Notes: a model not told the origin generated them from the sequence alone. A DNA stretch of 64,000 nt from Candidatus Parcubacteria bacterium (GCA_043760135.1 JAYUPL010000014.1:25347-89346), one strand, 5' to 3'. Counted from the first letter of the stretch, positions 38,801 through 47,839 are shown. A program made the numbers and translations.

Positions 38801-39168
38801 TTCAAAATAATAATAATAAATCACTCGATGTACTAAAAACTGGAAAAATAAAGTTGCAAAATACAGGTCTGTTATTTAAAACTGAGGGTGTACCGGTTAC
38901 AGATTTACAAATCATCGTTGGTAATAATACAGAAAATGCTCCTGTGTATGACATAAAAAGCATTATAGGGTTTTTCGAAGAAATAACTCCACAAATCATT
39001 CAGTATTCTGATTTGGTTAAAAACCCAGAATATGTGCCTACAAAATCAATAATTCCTTTTGGTGAGAGGAATAAAATCCTATTAAATATAGGACTATTGT
39101 TATTTATTGCAATCGTTGGTATATTTGGGTTTTTCTGGATGAAGAAAGATATCACACATCATGAGTAA
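35899..39168 (+). CDS. giant polytopic membrane protein (Pro-rich N-terminus, about 14 TM, large C-terminal extracytoplasmic domain, final TM anchor)
   Basis: 1089-aa ORF with a long run of TM helices followed by about 450 aa of Asn/Lys-rich globular sequence. Confidence 0.6.
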   Translation: MFTFIITVFIILYLFKINSRITDLENKFKNPNLNQNLAPVPAPVIPNMVAPVPQHEIQIPAPVVSHQDNFATNLAKFGIAILVLGVLFFLNYLDKQGLIGPVFKYVAGLSFGTVLLGVGEYLRSRSKAYVNILRGAAFVIFYLTLFIGYFVFKIVALPLTLGLIIAVLAVSIIISLRENDELPFTIGALGAYLVSFLVNLNFGGLSEENVIGILSYLCILNIAVLVVSFRKQWINGAVIGFIFTWCIFGSTLSADIGKGLLFAFSTIYGLQYMIVFLLQDFKKDKITHNTVFLTVMNTIVYLMVFYKLVDKTFWFDYVGFLVALLGIFHFMVYMMLRVVNKTSDGVITLTHFVISILLITVAIPLQFDGPLVTMIWFFEGVVLSFLSVLPDFKNKPIMYVLGFGSIIAGIAHMIMFGDYKTVLETGQILLNQSYIVWFGVFALINLVAYIWYNTVQDSQDVKFKTDIAKAAFALILVGQVLFVALTSFEINNYGRYRIDVVNKEINQQVQLDRKLSPDNYGYDTTKYETEYAEISSIAKQTTFMQIVLFILMTIIYFVIGLVKKNKVVRNMGIVTLVITSVLLVTLTWELGAVYRIITFVGFGILLLIVSYLYISKNKRMDMPQALMLLLMIGLFATTVDAKVIDIKNWTSVATLGHSQISVGSSTAINNQNLYVLPINKDVINLSKKNYLSDIRIIDKAHNEIPYILVKSNQNTQDLRENKTDVKILENGVSRDGKRMLVIDTTREGVLYNNLYLSRDFKSQNFRKKVKVYISDSFLTVNSTSWIEFEQRNVIYNYTDVNNFIVENLDINLAGVSSRYLKIELADDTEFDKNIKVNNQISIIGAQVEYLKTEDKNIGYKVKDYLGGNFIFDNVSIYKDVKVLDKTEKEDRSEIIYEGDIDVVELTIRVDESEKNFNRNVVIQGSNDDINWPTLGNTNVYRIDSPTYKGEKLNIIIPPSTYKKFKVIIQNNNNKSLDVLKTGKIKLQNTGLLFKTEGVPVTDLQIIVGNNTENAPVYDIKSIIGFFEEITPQIIQYSDLVKNPEYVPTKSIIPFGERNKILLNIGLLLFIAIVGIFGFFWMKKDITHHE

Positions 39169-40411
39169 CATAGACTACGACATAATCATAATAGGGGGCG
39201 GGGCATCAGGAATGATGGCCGCTTCTTCTGTTGGTAAGAATAAAAAGGTTTTATTGATAGAGAAGAATAACATCTTAGGAAAAAAACTTTTGATTACAGG
39301 TGGTGGACGCTGTAATCTAACAAATGAAGAATATGATTTACGAAAGCTTTTGAAAAATTATAAGAAGGCTGAGCAATTTTTATATTCTGCTTTCACTCAA
39401 TATGGGGTTAAGGATTCTTTAACATTTTTTAATACTCGAAGTATGCCAACTAAGGTAGAGAATGAAGGAAGGGTGTTTCCCGTATCTGATTCCGCACGTA
39501 GTGTTTATAATGTATTAGTTAAAGAAATTAAAAATAAAAATATAGAAGTACTTTCTGATGCTAAGGTGTTGGATGTTTTACATGACGCTAAACAAGTCAC
39601 CGGGGTAGAGGTTGAAGTAAATAAAAAGAAAATAATCTATACTGCAAAAAAATATGTACTTGCAACAGGTGGAACATCTCATCCAGAGACAGGGTCAACA
39701 GGAGATGCATATGATTGGTTAAAAAATATGGGACATACGGTTCACACACCAAAACCTTCACTCGTTCCAGTAAAGAGTAATGATGCCTGGCTTAAAAAGT
39801 TACAGGGTATTGTTTTACAAAACGTGAAGATACATATATTCGCTGACGGTGAAAAGAAGAATTCTAAAAAAGGTAGGATTTTATTTACTCATTTTGGAAT
39901 CTCCGGTCCAACTGTTTTAAATATGAGTAAGGAGATTAGTGATTATTTAAATCTAAACCAAAAAGTATATTTGAGTTTAGATTTATTGTCAGAATATGAT
40001 CATGGCACACTCAATAAAACATTGACTGATTTGTTTCAAAATAATTCCAAGAAGAAAATTTCAAATATTTTAGGTGAAGTGATTAACAAAAATTTGATTT
40101 CAATCATTTTACAAAATGGAAAGATAGATGAAAGTATAACAGGGAACGCTGTAACCAAAGAAATGAGAATGGTATTGATAGAAAATATTAAAGGTTTGAA
40201 AATAAATATTCACGGTTTGTTAGATGAAAGTGAGGCGGTGATCGCTGATGGTGGGGTGGATATAAAGGAAATAGATTTTAAAACAATGAAATCAAAGATT
40301 ATGGATAATCTTTGTATTATTGGAGATTTGTTAAATATTGATAGACCGTCAGGTGGGTATAGTTTGCAGCTGTGTTGGACGACAGGGTGTATTGCTGGGA
40401 GTGGTCAATAA
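39161..40411 (+). CDS. HI0933/BaiN-family FAD-dependent flavoprotein
   Basis: DIIIIGGGASGMMAA dinucleotide fold and the TGGGRCNLTN signature. 8-nt overlap with the preceding gene. Confidence 0.8.
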   Translation: MSNIDYDIIIIGGGASGMMAASSVGKNKKVLLIEKNNILGKKLLITGGGRCNLTNEEYDLRKLLKNYKKAEQFLYSAFTQYGVKDSLTFFNTRSMPTKVENEGRVFPVSDSARSVYNVLVKEIKNKNIEVLSDAKVLDVLHDAKQVTGVEVEVNKKKIIYTAKKYVLATGGTSHPETGSTGDAYDWLKNMGHTVHTPKPSLVPVKSNDAWLKKLQGIVLQNVKIHIFADGEKKNSKKGRILFTHFGISGPTVLNMSKEISDYLNLNQKVYLSLDLLSEYDHGTLNKTLTDLFQNNSKKKISNILGEVINKNLISIILQNGKIDESITGNAVTKEMRMVLIENIKGLKINIHGLLDESEAVIADGGVDIKEIDFKTMKSKIMDNLCIIGDLLNIDRPSGGYSLQLCWTTGCIAGSGQ

Positions 40412-40815
40412 AAAAATCCCGGAGTGCATACTGTGAGGTATGATCTGGGATTTTGGTGTGGTTGTGTTTTTAAATCGGAACATTAATCCTAATTTCACCT
40501 GTCTTGGTTTTTTGCTTTTTGCCTTTGATGTTTAGAATTGCTAGGGTTTTGTTGAAATGGTTTAATACCGATTGCGTAGGCTTTCTGGGTGGGGTGATTA
40601 TGAACTCGACAGTATTCTTGCGTAAAATGATTCTTGTTTTCATTGGGGTTAGGGTTTGACCTATAAAAATTACCACAGAATATGATGCTTGTAAACCGAC
40701 ACTTAGGAATATTGTAATAAACCAATATGTATAAACGTATAATTTAGTATAAACTTATTCTTGTTGAGGTTCGTGTCCAGGGTATTAGTTTTTGTGGTAG
40801 AATATTTTTAAACCT

Positions 40816-41652
40816 ATGTTCAAAAAAATATTTAAATTTCTCCTCAAAATCATGATCACTCTTATTGTTGTACTTATAATCTTTTTCGTCTCAATAAACA
40901 TTTTCATAAAACCAACAAACGATCGAAATTGGAATGATGATCAAAAAATTTTACCGTCGGCTACTATAAAAGGAAATATTGTAGAAATAAAAAATATTAG
41001 AGATTTTCGCTATGCATCAACAACTTCGTACACACAATACTATTACGATAAAGAATATGATCTTAGTAAGATTAAAAGAGTGTGGTATATTGTAGAACCT
41101 TTTTCAGGAATACCTGGATCTGCACATACATTTTTAAGTTTTGAATTTGAAGATAATATTTTTATATCTGTCTCTGTTGAAATTAGAAAAGAAAAAGGAG
41201 AATCATTTCATCCGGTAAAAGGTTTGTTGAATCAATATGAAATAATGTATGTTTGGGCAGATGAAAAGGATGTTGTTGATCTACGTATTAATCATAGAAA
41301 GGATCAGGTGTTTTTGTATCCGATGAAGGCTGGTCCTGAGAAAACTAAAGAATTATTTTTGAGTATTATTGATAGAACGAATAAGCTATATACCGAGCCA
41401 GAATTTTACAATACACTATTCAATACTTGCACGACAAATATTGTGAAGCATGTGAATTTGATAAGTCCAAAAACAATACCGGCTATAGATACAAGTATTT
41501 TGTTTCCTGAAAATTCTGATTTGTTGGCCTACAATCTAGGGCTAATCGATACTGATTTACCTGTGGACCAAATAAGGGAAAAATTCAACATAAACAAGAA
41601 AGGGGAGATGTATAAAGGGTCTGATGATTTCTCGGTGAAAATTAGAGAGTAA
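40816..41652 (+). CDS. hypothetical membrane-anchored protein (possibly DUF4105/Lnb-N-like)
   Basis: N-terminal TM. An extended -10 tgtggTAGAAT lies at about 40790. Confidence 0.4.
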   Translation: MFKKIFKFLLKIMITLIVVLIIFFVSINIFIKPTNDRNWNDDQKILPSATIKGNIVEIKNIRDFRYASTTSYTQYYYDKEYDLSKIKRVWYIVEPFSGIPGSAHTFLSFEFEDNIFISVSVEIRKEKGESFHPVKGLLNQYEIMYVWADEKDVVDLRINHRKDQVFLYPMKAGPEKTKELFLSIIDRTNKLYTEPEFYNTLFNTCTTNIVKHVNLISPKTIPAIDTSILFPENSDLLAYNLGLIDTDLPVDQIREKFNINKKGEMYKGSDDFSVKIRE

Positions 41653-41669
41653 GATGTTATGATGTTTGT

Positions 41670-42254
41670 ATGGACATGCAAACAATAAAAATAATGATAT
41701 ATGTGGTTATTGGCGGTGCAATATTATTTACATTATTTAGAAAACTCGGCTCAATTAAAAGAAAATGTGCAGTGTGTGAAGCAGAAACTTCAGATTCCTA
41801 TGTAGATTCTTCAGGAAAAATGTTTAATTTATGTAGAACCCATTTAACTGACAGGTGGAAAACTGATGTGGTATCATCAAGTAATACAATGGTTGTAATA
41901 GAACCTGATCTCGAGGATAAAAATCATGCCAGGGGGTACATGTATGCTGACATTGCTCAACTAGGTTTATGGCAATATGGAAAACCTGCCCAGGAGAATA
42001 TATCTAAATATTTAGATCTTATAAAGGATAAATCCTGTGAAAAATGCGGTAATGCAGCCAGTGTGGCTTACCTTAAGAAAGAAGATTATGAGATACCTGT
42101 AATGGAAAAAATATCAGCTACTCCACAATATCTTTGTAAAAATTGTATGATAAAAAAAGTTGCGCCAATGATTGTTGGCTCACAGCACAGTTTTTATGAA
42201 GGGGTGTATGCACCTACGTCAGAGAATGGTGTTTATCATTCACAGGAGTTTTAA
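41670..42254 (+). CDS. hypothetical TM protein with two CxxC zinc-ribbon-like pairs
   Basis: CAVCEAE...CRTHL and CEKCGN...CKNC. A terminator hairpin aaaatcc-cactta-aggatttt follows. Confidence 0.4.
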   Translation: MDMQTIKIMIYVVIGGAILFTLFRKLGSIKRKCAVCEAETSDSYVDSSGKMFNLCRTHLTDRWKTDVVSSSNTMVVIEPDLEDKNHARGYMYADIAQLGLWQYGKPAQENISKYLDLIKDKSCEKCGNAASVAYLKKEDYEIPVMEKISATPQYLCKNCMIKKVAPMIVGSQHSFYEGVYAPTSENGVYHSQEF

Positions 42255-42862
42255 AATCTATACAAAATAAAATCCCACTTAAGGATTTTTTATTTTTAAT
42301 AGTCATGCGGTTTAACTATACATCTTCCGAAGGCTATTTTTATTTCGATCATAAGTCGATGCTTTTTGCCTCATTGATGTCTTCGTTAAACATTCGATTG
42401 TGTTTCCTGGTCAACTACGCCGAGGGGGATGGTATTGGATCTGTCCTTTATCCAAATTATTGTATCTGTATATATACTTATTTAACAAATTCATATATCT
42501 ACGTTATTGTTATAGTAATAATTAACAAATAATTTTTTCGATACTACAACATACTTATATATACGTAAGATGAAGTGCTATTTATTACAATAAATAGTAA
42601 AAGATGACTCGTCCTTTAGTTTAAGTTTAAAAATAAAGGTTTTGTAAGTTTTAAAAGACATAAACATATTTTAAAGACAGGTTGATTGGGGTTTGTTTAC
42701 TATTTCTTTCTGTTGAGAAGAAAGGGAGAAAGGAAAATTATCCCGAAAATTATATACAGCAAAGGTTTAGATTCTTGTCCTGACCGGGCAAAGACAGCGC
42801 CTAAAAAGGATAAATATAAACCATTCTTCCCAGGTGTCTTTCATAGCGGTATTGTAGCATTT

Positions 42863-43360
42863 TTACCTAAACTCAGGACTTATATAACTATAAGACAAAT
42901 TGTTGTATTCATCAGTTGGATACACACAGACACCCTGGTCGTGCCATAAGACAAATTCTTTAACTCCAGTATCAGGTGCAAAGCGGCTACATACAGTGCA
43001 AAGTGGTTCTCCTGATTTTGTTATATTATTTTCTTTATCAACTCTTGTAAAATATAAGGTTGAACCGTTTATCTTGTCTGGATTTCTTTTTGTGGCATCA
43101 AGTATTGCTCTCCATTCAGCATGCATGCAGCAAGTTTGATCATATCCAGGTTTTCCTTGTGTATTTTTTTCTTTGAGACAGTAGTTATGGTCCATGTTAT
43201 CGAGTGGGGGACCATTGTATCCTTCACCGATTATGTTCCCATCTTTGACTATGATACTTCCACACTTTGCTTTAAGACACAGAGCTTTTTGTGCAACTTT
43301 GGCTGCTTCATGCATCCAGTTGATTGCATTGGTTTCTTCTTGGTTTTGGAAGTATTTCAT
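42863..43360 (-). CDS. divergent cytidine/deoxycytidylate-deaminase-fold protein
   Basis: CMHAEWRAI (H-A-E zinc ligand) and PLCTVCSRF (CxxC). This is additional to the canonical ComEB at 57169. Confidence 0.55.
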   Translation of the reverse strand: MKYFQNQEETNAINWMHEAAKVAQKALCLKAKCGSIIVKDGNIIGEGYNGPPLDNMDHNYCLKEKNTQGKPGYDQTCCMHAEWRAILDATKRNPDKINGSTLYFTRVDKENNITKSGEPLCTVCSRFAPDTGVKEFVLWHDQGVCVYPTDEYNNLSYSYISPEFR

Positions 43361-43436
43361 ATTTTGATTTTAGCATAAAAATAAAACAGGTTAGAGAGTT
43401 GGAGGCTCTCTAACCTGAGTGAAGTGTTGGCAGCTG

Positions 43437-43973
43437 CTATTTTCCGATCAACTCATCAACAGCTACTTGGATTTTTTTGGTGATATAGATTGAAACGTTA
43501 GGATCACCATCGTTAGCATGTCCAGGACCTGGTAGGTTGAGGAATTTTTCGTAGCGCAGGTATCTTCCTTGATATGCCACCTCTCCACCGCACCGGTTGA
43601 TAATAGGTTGTCCGTATTCCGGATCATACACATCAGAAAATCCGAAGGCGGTCAGCAAATCTTCCAAAGAAAGCCAGATGGTTCCACTGCTGAAGGATTG
43701 GGTAGAATGATTGATTTTATAAGTTAAAAGCCAACCATCAGGTTCTCGGGCAAGTCCGGTGAGATCCTTTGTGATGGCGATTTCCACCGCACTTGAACCA
43801 AGGAGTAGTGTTTTCCGTACTGAGTTGGCGTCGTTGAACCCAATCCAATCGATTTTTGAGCCGTGGTGATGGAACCAGTCGGGAATACCCAACCCTCTTT
43901 GGAAGATCGGTTTAATTATTGGTGTTGTTTGTTTCATCAGTGTATCTTGTTGAAGTTTCTGTCTTTTGTACAA
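43437..43973 (-). CDS. hypothetical protein, GC-rich outlier
   Basis: 178 aa with GC near 45-47%. Directly upstream of the divergent deaminase on the same strand. Confidence 0.4.
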   Translation of the reverse strand: MYKRQKLQQDTLMKQTTPIIKPIFQRGLGIPDWFHHHGSKIDWIGFNDANSVRKTLLLGSSAVEIAITKDLTGLAREPDGWLLTYKINHSTQSFSSGTIWLSLEDLLTAFGFSDVYDPEYGQPIINRCGGEVAYQGRYLRYEKFLNLPGPGHANDGDPNVSIYITKKIQVAVDELIGK

Positions 43974-44103
43974 TATATGAAAATTTGGTAGGTGTAAATA
44001 GGGATGATTGGGTCCTTATATTATGACCTTTGTGGTTACAGGACCAGTATATCTTTCGAATCTCACCCGCAAGCCGAACTGTCGGCTTGCTCTCCATCTA
44101 ATG

Positions 44104-44136
44104 AAAAACAGATGTCTTTAAAAGACATCTGTTTTT
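44104..44136. terminator. palindromic hairpin aaaaacagatgtctttt/aaaagacatctgttttt
   Basis: 15-bp perfect palindrome with A/T runs, adjacent to the 3' end of tRNA-Ser. Confidence 0.55.
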
Positions 44137-44141
44137 CCTAG

Positions 44142-44228
44142 CGGAGGAGGTGAGATTCGAACTCACGGGACCCGTTAGAGCCCTCTTGTTTTCAAGACAA
44201 GCGCATTCGACCTCTCTGCCACTCCTCC
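44142..44228 (-). tRNA. tRNA-Ser (anticodon TGA), class II with long variable arm
   Basis: Reverse complement ggaggag-tg-gcagagaggtcgaatgcgc-ttgtc-ttTGAaa-acaag-agggctctaacgggtccc-gtgag-ttcgaat-ctcac-ctcctcc-g closely matches bacterial tRNA-Ser(UGA). Confidence 0.8.
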
Positions 44229-44272
44229 AAGTGTGTACGTCGATATACCTTTATGATATTATCAGATTATCT

Positions 44273-44722
44273 ATGAAATATCTAGGGCTAGACTATGGTC
44301 AAAAAAAGATTGGTATTGCGATAAGTGATGATAGGGCATCACTGGCTTTTCCAAGGGATATCATCATTAATGATATAAAGCATATAGAGTACATCCAACA
44401 TCTCTGTGATCAGGAGGAAATCAAGGATATTGTTATTGGGAAATCAGTCGATTATGACAAAAGGGATAATTCTGTTGAAAAACATATAACAGCATTTATC
44501 AAAATTTTAAATGCAGATAAAAAATACATTATTCACCGCATTGATGAGCGTATGACCACCTCTCTCGTAAATGCAGAAACTCGATTTCATTTTCAAAAAA
44601 AACAAACTTCAAAGACATTTTCCAAAAATGCTAAAACAGTTCGCGAAAGTACAAAAAATGATGACTCTAAAGTTGCTGCATTGATTCTTCAAAATTTTCT
44701 CGATTCGAAGTCGAAAGTGTAG
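44273..44722 (+). CDS. ruvX: Holliday-junction-resolvase-like RNase YqgF/RuvX
   Basis: MKYLGLDYGQKKIGIAISD N-terminal signature. Start taken at the internal ATG, since the track ORF runs across the tRNA. Confidence 0.7.
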   Translation: MKYLGLDYGQKKIGIAISDDRASLAFPRDIIINDIKHIEYIQHLCDQEEIKDIVIGKSVDYDKRDNSVEKHITAFIKILNADKKYIIHRIDERMTTSLVNAETRFHFQKKQTSKTFSKNAKTVRESTKNDDSKVAALILQNFLDSKSKV

Positions 44723-44734
44723 TATAATCACTAC

Positions 44735-45058
44735 ATGATTACATTTGACGAATTTAAAAAACTTGAAATGAAGGTGGGACAGATATTGTCAGCTACGCCA
44801 GTAGAAGGATCTGAAAAACTATTAAAGCTAGAAGTTGATTTTGGAGAGGATAAAACCAGAACAGTGGTGTCTGGTATAGCGGGACATGTTGAATTGGAAA
44901 ATTTTATTGGTAGTCAAAAAGTTTTTGTTACAAACTTAGAGCCAAGAGCTATTATGGGCATAGAAAGTCAGGCTATGATTTTGGCAGGGAAGGATGGGCA
45001 AGGTTTGGCCCTGATAGAACCAACGAGAGATTTACCAATTGGCACATTACTATCATAA
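44735..45058 (+). CDS. tRNA-binding protein (CsaA/Trbp111-like, EMAP/Myf domain)
   Basis: FKKLEMKVGQILSATPVEGSEKLLKLEVDFGEDKTRTVVSGIA... OB-fold tRNA-binding signature. Confidence 0.8.
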   Translation: MITFDEFKKLEMKVGQILSATPVEGSEKLLKLEVDFGEDKTRTVVSGIAGHVELENFIGSQKVFVTNLEPRAIMGIESQAMILAGKDGQGLALIEPTRDLPIGTLLS

Positions 45059-45067
45059 TATCATTAT

Positions 45068-46072
45068 ATGAGTACTTTTTTTGATAAATTAAAAAAACAC
45101 CTTCCTGTTCCAAAAATGATTAGATTTGATCATGCTGGGATTGATATTGGTATTGATCATATTAGGCATATAAACTTTAAAAGTAAAAATGGAAAGTTGT
45201 CGGTTGATAAATATGGGGTAGAGACTTTAACTAAATCAGTAGATAAAAAAAGTTTATTATCAGAAAATGTTGGTGTTATTTTATCCCTAAAAAAAATTCA
45301 AAAAGAATTCAAATGCAAATATGTCGAAGTTTCTTTGCCTGAAGAGTTGGCGTATATCTATACTCAAGAAGTGGATGATGGTGAGGTTTCTGTAATCAAA
45401 GGACAGATAGAATTTAAAATTGAAGAAAATGTTCCACTAAAGGCTGACGAAGCTATATTTGATTTTGTAACTGTTTTAACATTAAAAAATAATAGAAAAT
45501 TAATATCAGTTTCAGTTGTTTCCAAAAAAGTCATAGAGGATTATACAGACACTTTTCAAAAATGTAACATGAAAGTTGTTTCATTTTTAATACAAAACCA
45601 AGCCTTGAGTAAATCCTTAATACAAACAAATGACAAAAACGCATATTGTATTGTGGCGATAGAAAAAAAATATATTGTTGTATCTATTGTTTCTTCTGGA
45701 ATTGTTTTATATACCTCTACTATTAACAAAACATTATTTGATGATAATCTAAATCTTGAAAGAAAGGAAATCCTAGAAGAGGTGATAAAAGATATATATA
45801 GAATAATTGTATTCTGGCTTTCCTATATAGAAAATAATGATACGTACGGATTAGAGAAGATAAAATCTATTATTGTTAGTTCCACACACTCTAATATAAT
45901 AGAGTCAGAGTTTATAAATATGATGATTAATAAACTGGCAATACAGATTGATAAGCCAAATGTATGGACAAATGCCTTTGATTTAAATAGGCAGATTCCG
46001 CCAATTAATAAAATTGATTCGTATCAATATGCTACAGCAATTGGCTTGGCATTACCAAGATTACTAAAATAA
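45068..46072 (+). CDS. pilM: PilM-like actin-fold pilus assembly protein
   Basis: N-terminus IRFDHAGIDIGIDHIRHINFK resembles PilM, which begins with a GIDIG nucleotide-binding loop. Followed by two bitopic proteins in PilN/PilO positions. Confidence 0.45.
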   Translation: MSTFFDKLKKHLPVPKMIRFDHAGIDIGIDHIRHINFKSKNGKLSVDKYGVETLTKSVDKKSLLSENVGVILSLKKIQKEFKCKYVEVSLPEELAYIYTQEVDDGEVSVIKGQIEFKIEENVPLKADEAIFDFVTVLTLKNNRKLISVSVVSKKVIEDYTDTFQKCNMKVVSFLIQNQALSKSLIQTNDKNAYCIVAIEKKYIVVSIVSSGIVLYTSTINKTLFDDNLNLERKEILEEVIKDIYRIIVFWLSYIENNDTYGLEKIKSIIVSSTHSNIIESEFINMMINKLAIQIDKPNVWTNAFDLNRQIPPINKIDSYQYATAIGLALPRLLK

Positions 46073-46077
46073 AAAAT

Positions 46078-46605
46078 ATGCTCTTCTTAATTACAAAAAA
46101 ACAAAAAGATAAAATACTTGACGAATATCACGGAAATCTAATATATATCTTTACTATAAGTTTGGTTGTTTTATTTGTAATATTTTTGATTTCACTTTTT
46201 CCATCTTATTTAACAATGAGAGTGGATAGACAAATACTTACAGATAAAATAGCTCCTCTGCAACTTCGGATAGATTATTATAAAGCAGAAAGTGAAAAGA
46301 ATAATACGGCAGGTATAAATGATGATATATCTATCCTAAGTTTAAATCCTAAAAAAGATACTGTTGCTATCTACAAAGAAATAAAAAATATTTATCAAGA
46401 GATTCCAAATCTTCAGATTACAAGTATAAGTGTAGATAGTTTGTCTAAAAAAGTTACCGTAATAGCAAATATTGATAATAAAAATACAGCCAACTTGCTG
46501 GTTGATAAATTAAATTCTACACGGTATAAAGGTGCTGATCTGCCATACTCAGTATTTAGTGAAAGTAAAAATTTTACATTTAGTCAAACATTAACTTATG
46601 AATAA
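46078..46605 (+). CDS. PilN-like bitopic membrane protein
   Basis: Single N-terminal TM after a short cytoplasmic segment. Position directly after the pilM-like gene. Confidence 0.35.
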   Translation: MLFLITKKQKDKILDEYHGNLIYIFTISLVVLFVIFLISLFPSYLTMRVDRQILTDKIAPLQLRIDYYKAESEKNNTAGINDDISILSLNPKKDTVAIYKEIKNIYQEIPNLQITSISVDSLSKKVTVIANIDNKNTANLLVDKLNSTRYKGADLPYSVFSESKNFTFSQTLTYE

Positions 46606-47170
46606 AATCAATTTAAATTTTAATAAAAAAGCTATAAGTATTATCATATTGGTAATAGTTATTTCGGTGTTTGTATATCCTGTGTACTTTGTAAATAGTA
46701 AAATTAGAAATTATAAGACAGAGGTGTTGGGGGATTATACAAAATTGGCTGAATTACAAAGTGAGAAAAATGTGCTTGATATGTACAATAAGATTTTACT
46801 AAAAGGATCTAAGGAATCGATACAGATTAAAAAACATATTTTATCGAGTAATAGAAAAGAGGTGTTGGGTTTGATAAATGAATTGGAGAATTATACAAAA
46901 AAAGTAGGATTAACGGAAAACGGTATATCACCAATACAGTCTGTTGCTACACGTGAAAATGCGGCATTAACAAAATATAAGGCTGCAGATTTGGTTATTG
47001 ATATGAAAGTTGTGGGTAGTGAAAAGAATATTGATAATTTTATAAATTTAATAAACAATATGCCGATGATTTCGTATATAGAAAAAGTGGACATTCGATT
47101 CGATGCTGTGAGTGGTAAAAATAATGCTACTATAATATTAGTAATGTATCAAAAAAATGAAGTTAAATAA
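46598..47170 (+). CDS. PilO-like bitopic membrane protein
   Basis: Single N-terminal TM followed by a coiled coil. 8-nt overlap with the previous gene. Confidence 0.35.
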   Translation: MNKINLNFNKKAISIIILVIVISVFVYPVYFVNSKIRNYKTEVLGDYTKLAELQSEKNVLDMYNKILLKGSKESIQIKKHILSSNRKEVLGLINELENYTKKVGLTENGISPIQSVATRENAALTKYKAADLVIDMKVVGSEKNIDNFINLINNMPMISYIEKVDIRFDAVSGKNNATIILVMYQKNEVK

Positions 47171-47534
47171 TAGTAAAAAACACAAAAAACAATTTAATCC
47201 AATATATCATTGGTACCTTCTACTTCTTGCTTTTTTTGTACTGACTTTGATTGTTATTTTATATAGTGTTTATAGTTTTTTCTACATTAAAAATGAAATA
47301 GTGTTGATCGACCTTGAGGCTCAAAATAGTGCCGAAAACTCAACTTCTACCGAGGTTTTGGAGAAATCCCGCACTAATTCTAAGTTTTTGAAAGATATTA
47401 ATAATCTAAACAAAACTTTGGAAGAATTTGATAAAAAGGAAATAGAGTACAACAGGCTTATTAAAACAGCTACAGTGACTACTGTTTTGGCTACAACTAC
47501 AGCGTCTACTACGGTTGCAACTTCAACGAACTAA
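47157..47534 (+). CDS. hypothetical bitopic membrane protein (fourth gene of the pilM-like operon)
   Basis: Single TM, C-terminal T/A-rich tail. Confidence 0.3.
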   Translation: MKLNNSKKHKKQFNPIYHWYLLLLAFFVLTLIVILYSVYSFFYIKNEIVLIDLEAQNSAENSTSTEVLEKSRTNSKFLKDINNLNKTLEEFDKKEIEYNRLIKTATVTTVLATTTASTTVATSTN

Positions 47535-47552
47535 TGTTATATATTATATACT

Positions 47553-47627
47553 GCTCTTGTAGTTCAATGGATAGAACTGCGGACTTCTAAGCCGTTAATG
47601 TTGGTTCGATTCCAACCGAGAGCACCA
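47553..47627 (+). tRNA. tRNA-Arg (anticodon TCT), CCA encoded
   Basis: gctcttg-ta-gttc-aatggata-gaac-t-gcgga-ctTCTaa-gccgt-taat-gttgg-ttcgatt-ccaac-cgagagc-a-cca. Confidence 0.8.
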
Positions 47628-47630
47628 CAG

Positions 47631-47659
47631 GCACTTCTATTTTGCCAAGGCAAAATATG
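47631..47659 (+). repeat. tRNA-trailer hairpin motif gcacttctattttgccaaggcaaaatatg (copy 1)
   Basis: 27 of 29 nt identical to the reverse complement of 50335..50363, which directly follows tRNA-Val. Confidence 0.5.
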
Positions 47660-47839
47660 TCGCACAAAAAAATATTCGCTCATGCGAAAAAGACCGGAAT
47701 AATCCCATCTCCTAGTGAGATGGGATTTTCCTCTGACTCAGACCTACTGGTCTTCTGTAAAGCCTTTTTCTTCTTCACTCGTGTTTAGTTAAGTGATAAA
47801 AACTTTTTGTGAATAAATGATTCTCCCTCTGTAATAAAA

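Noticed and set aside
40470-40725. Two overlapping small basic minus-strand ORFs (68 and 76 aa) as genes
   Set aside because: They are mutually overlapping in different frames with no recognisable family. I reported the region as unexplained rather than calling a CDS.
42305-42949. ORFs 42305..42532 and 42686..42949 in the AT-rich gap
   Set aside because: They give low-complexity translations (poly-Ile/Tyr; FFLLRRKGERK) with no start context or motif. The 3' end of the second overlaps the deaminase gene on the other strand.
47631-47659. The inverted 29-nt tRNA-trailer motifs as transposon terminal inverted repeats
   Set aside because: No transposase is present in the enclosed cassette. The hairpin is equally well explained as a shared tRNA terminator, so I kept it only as a low-weight alternative in the findings.
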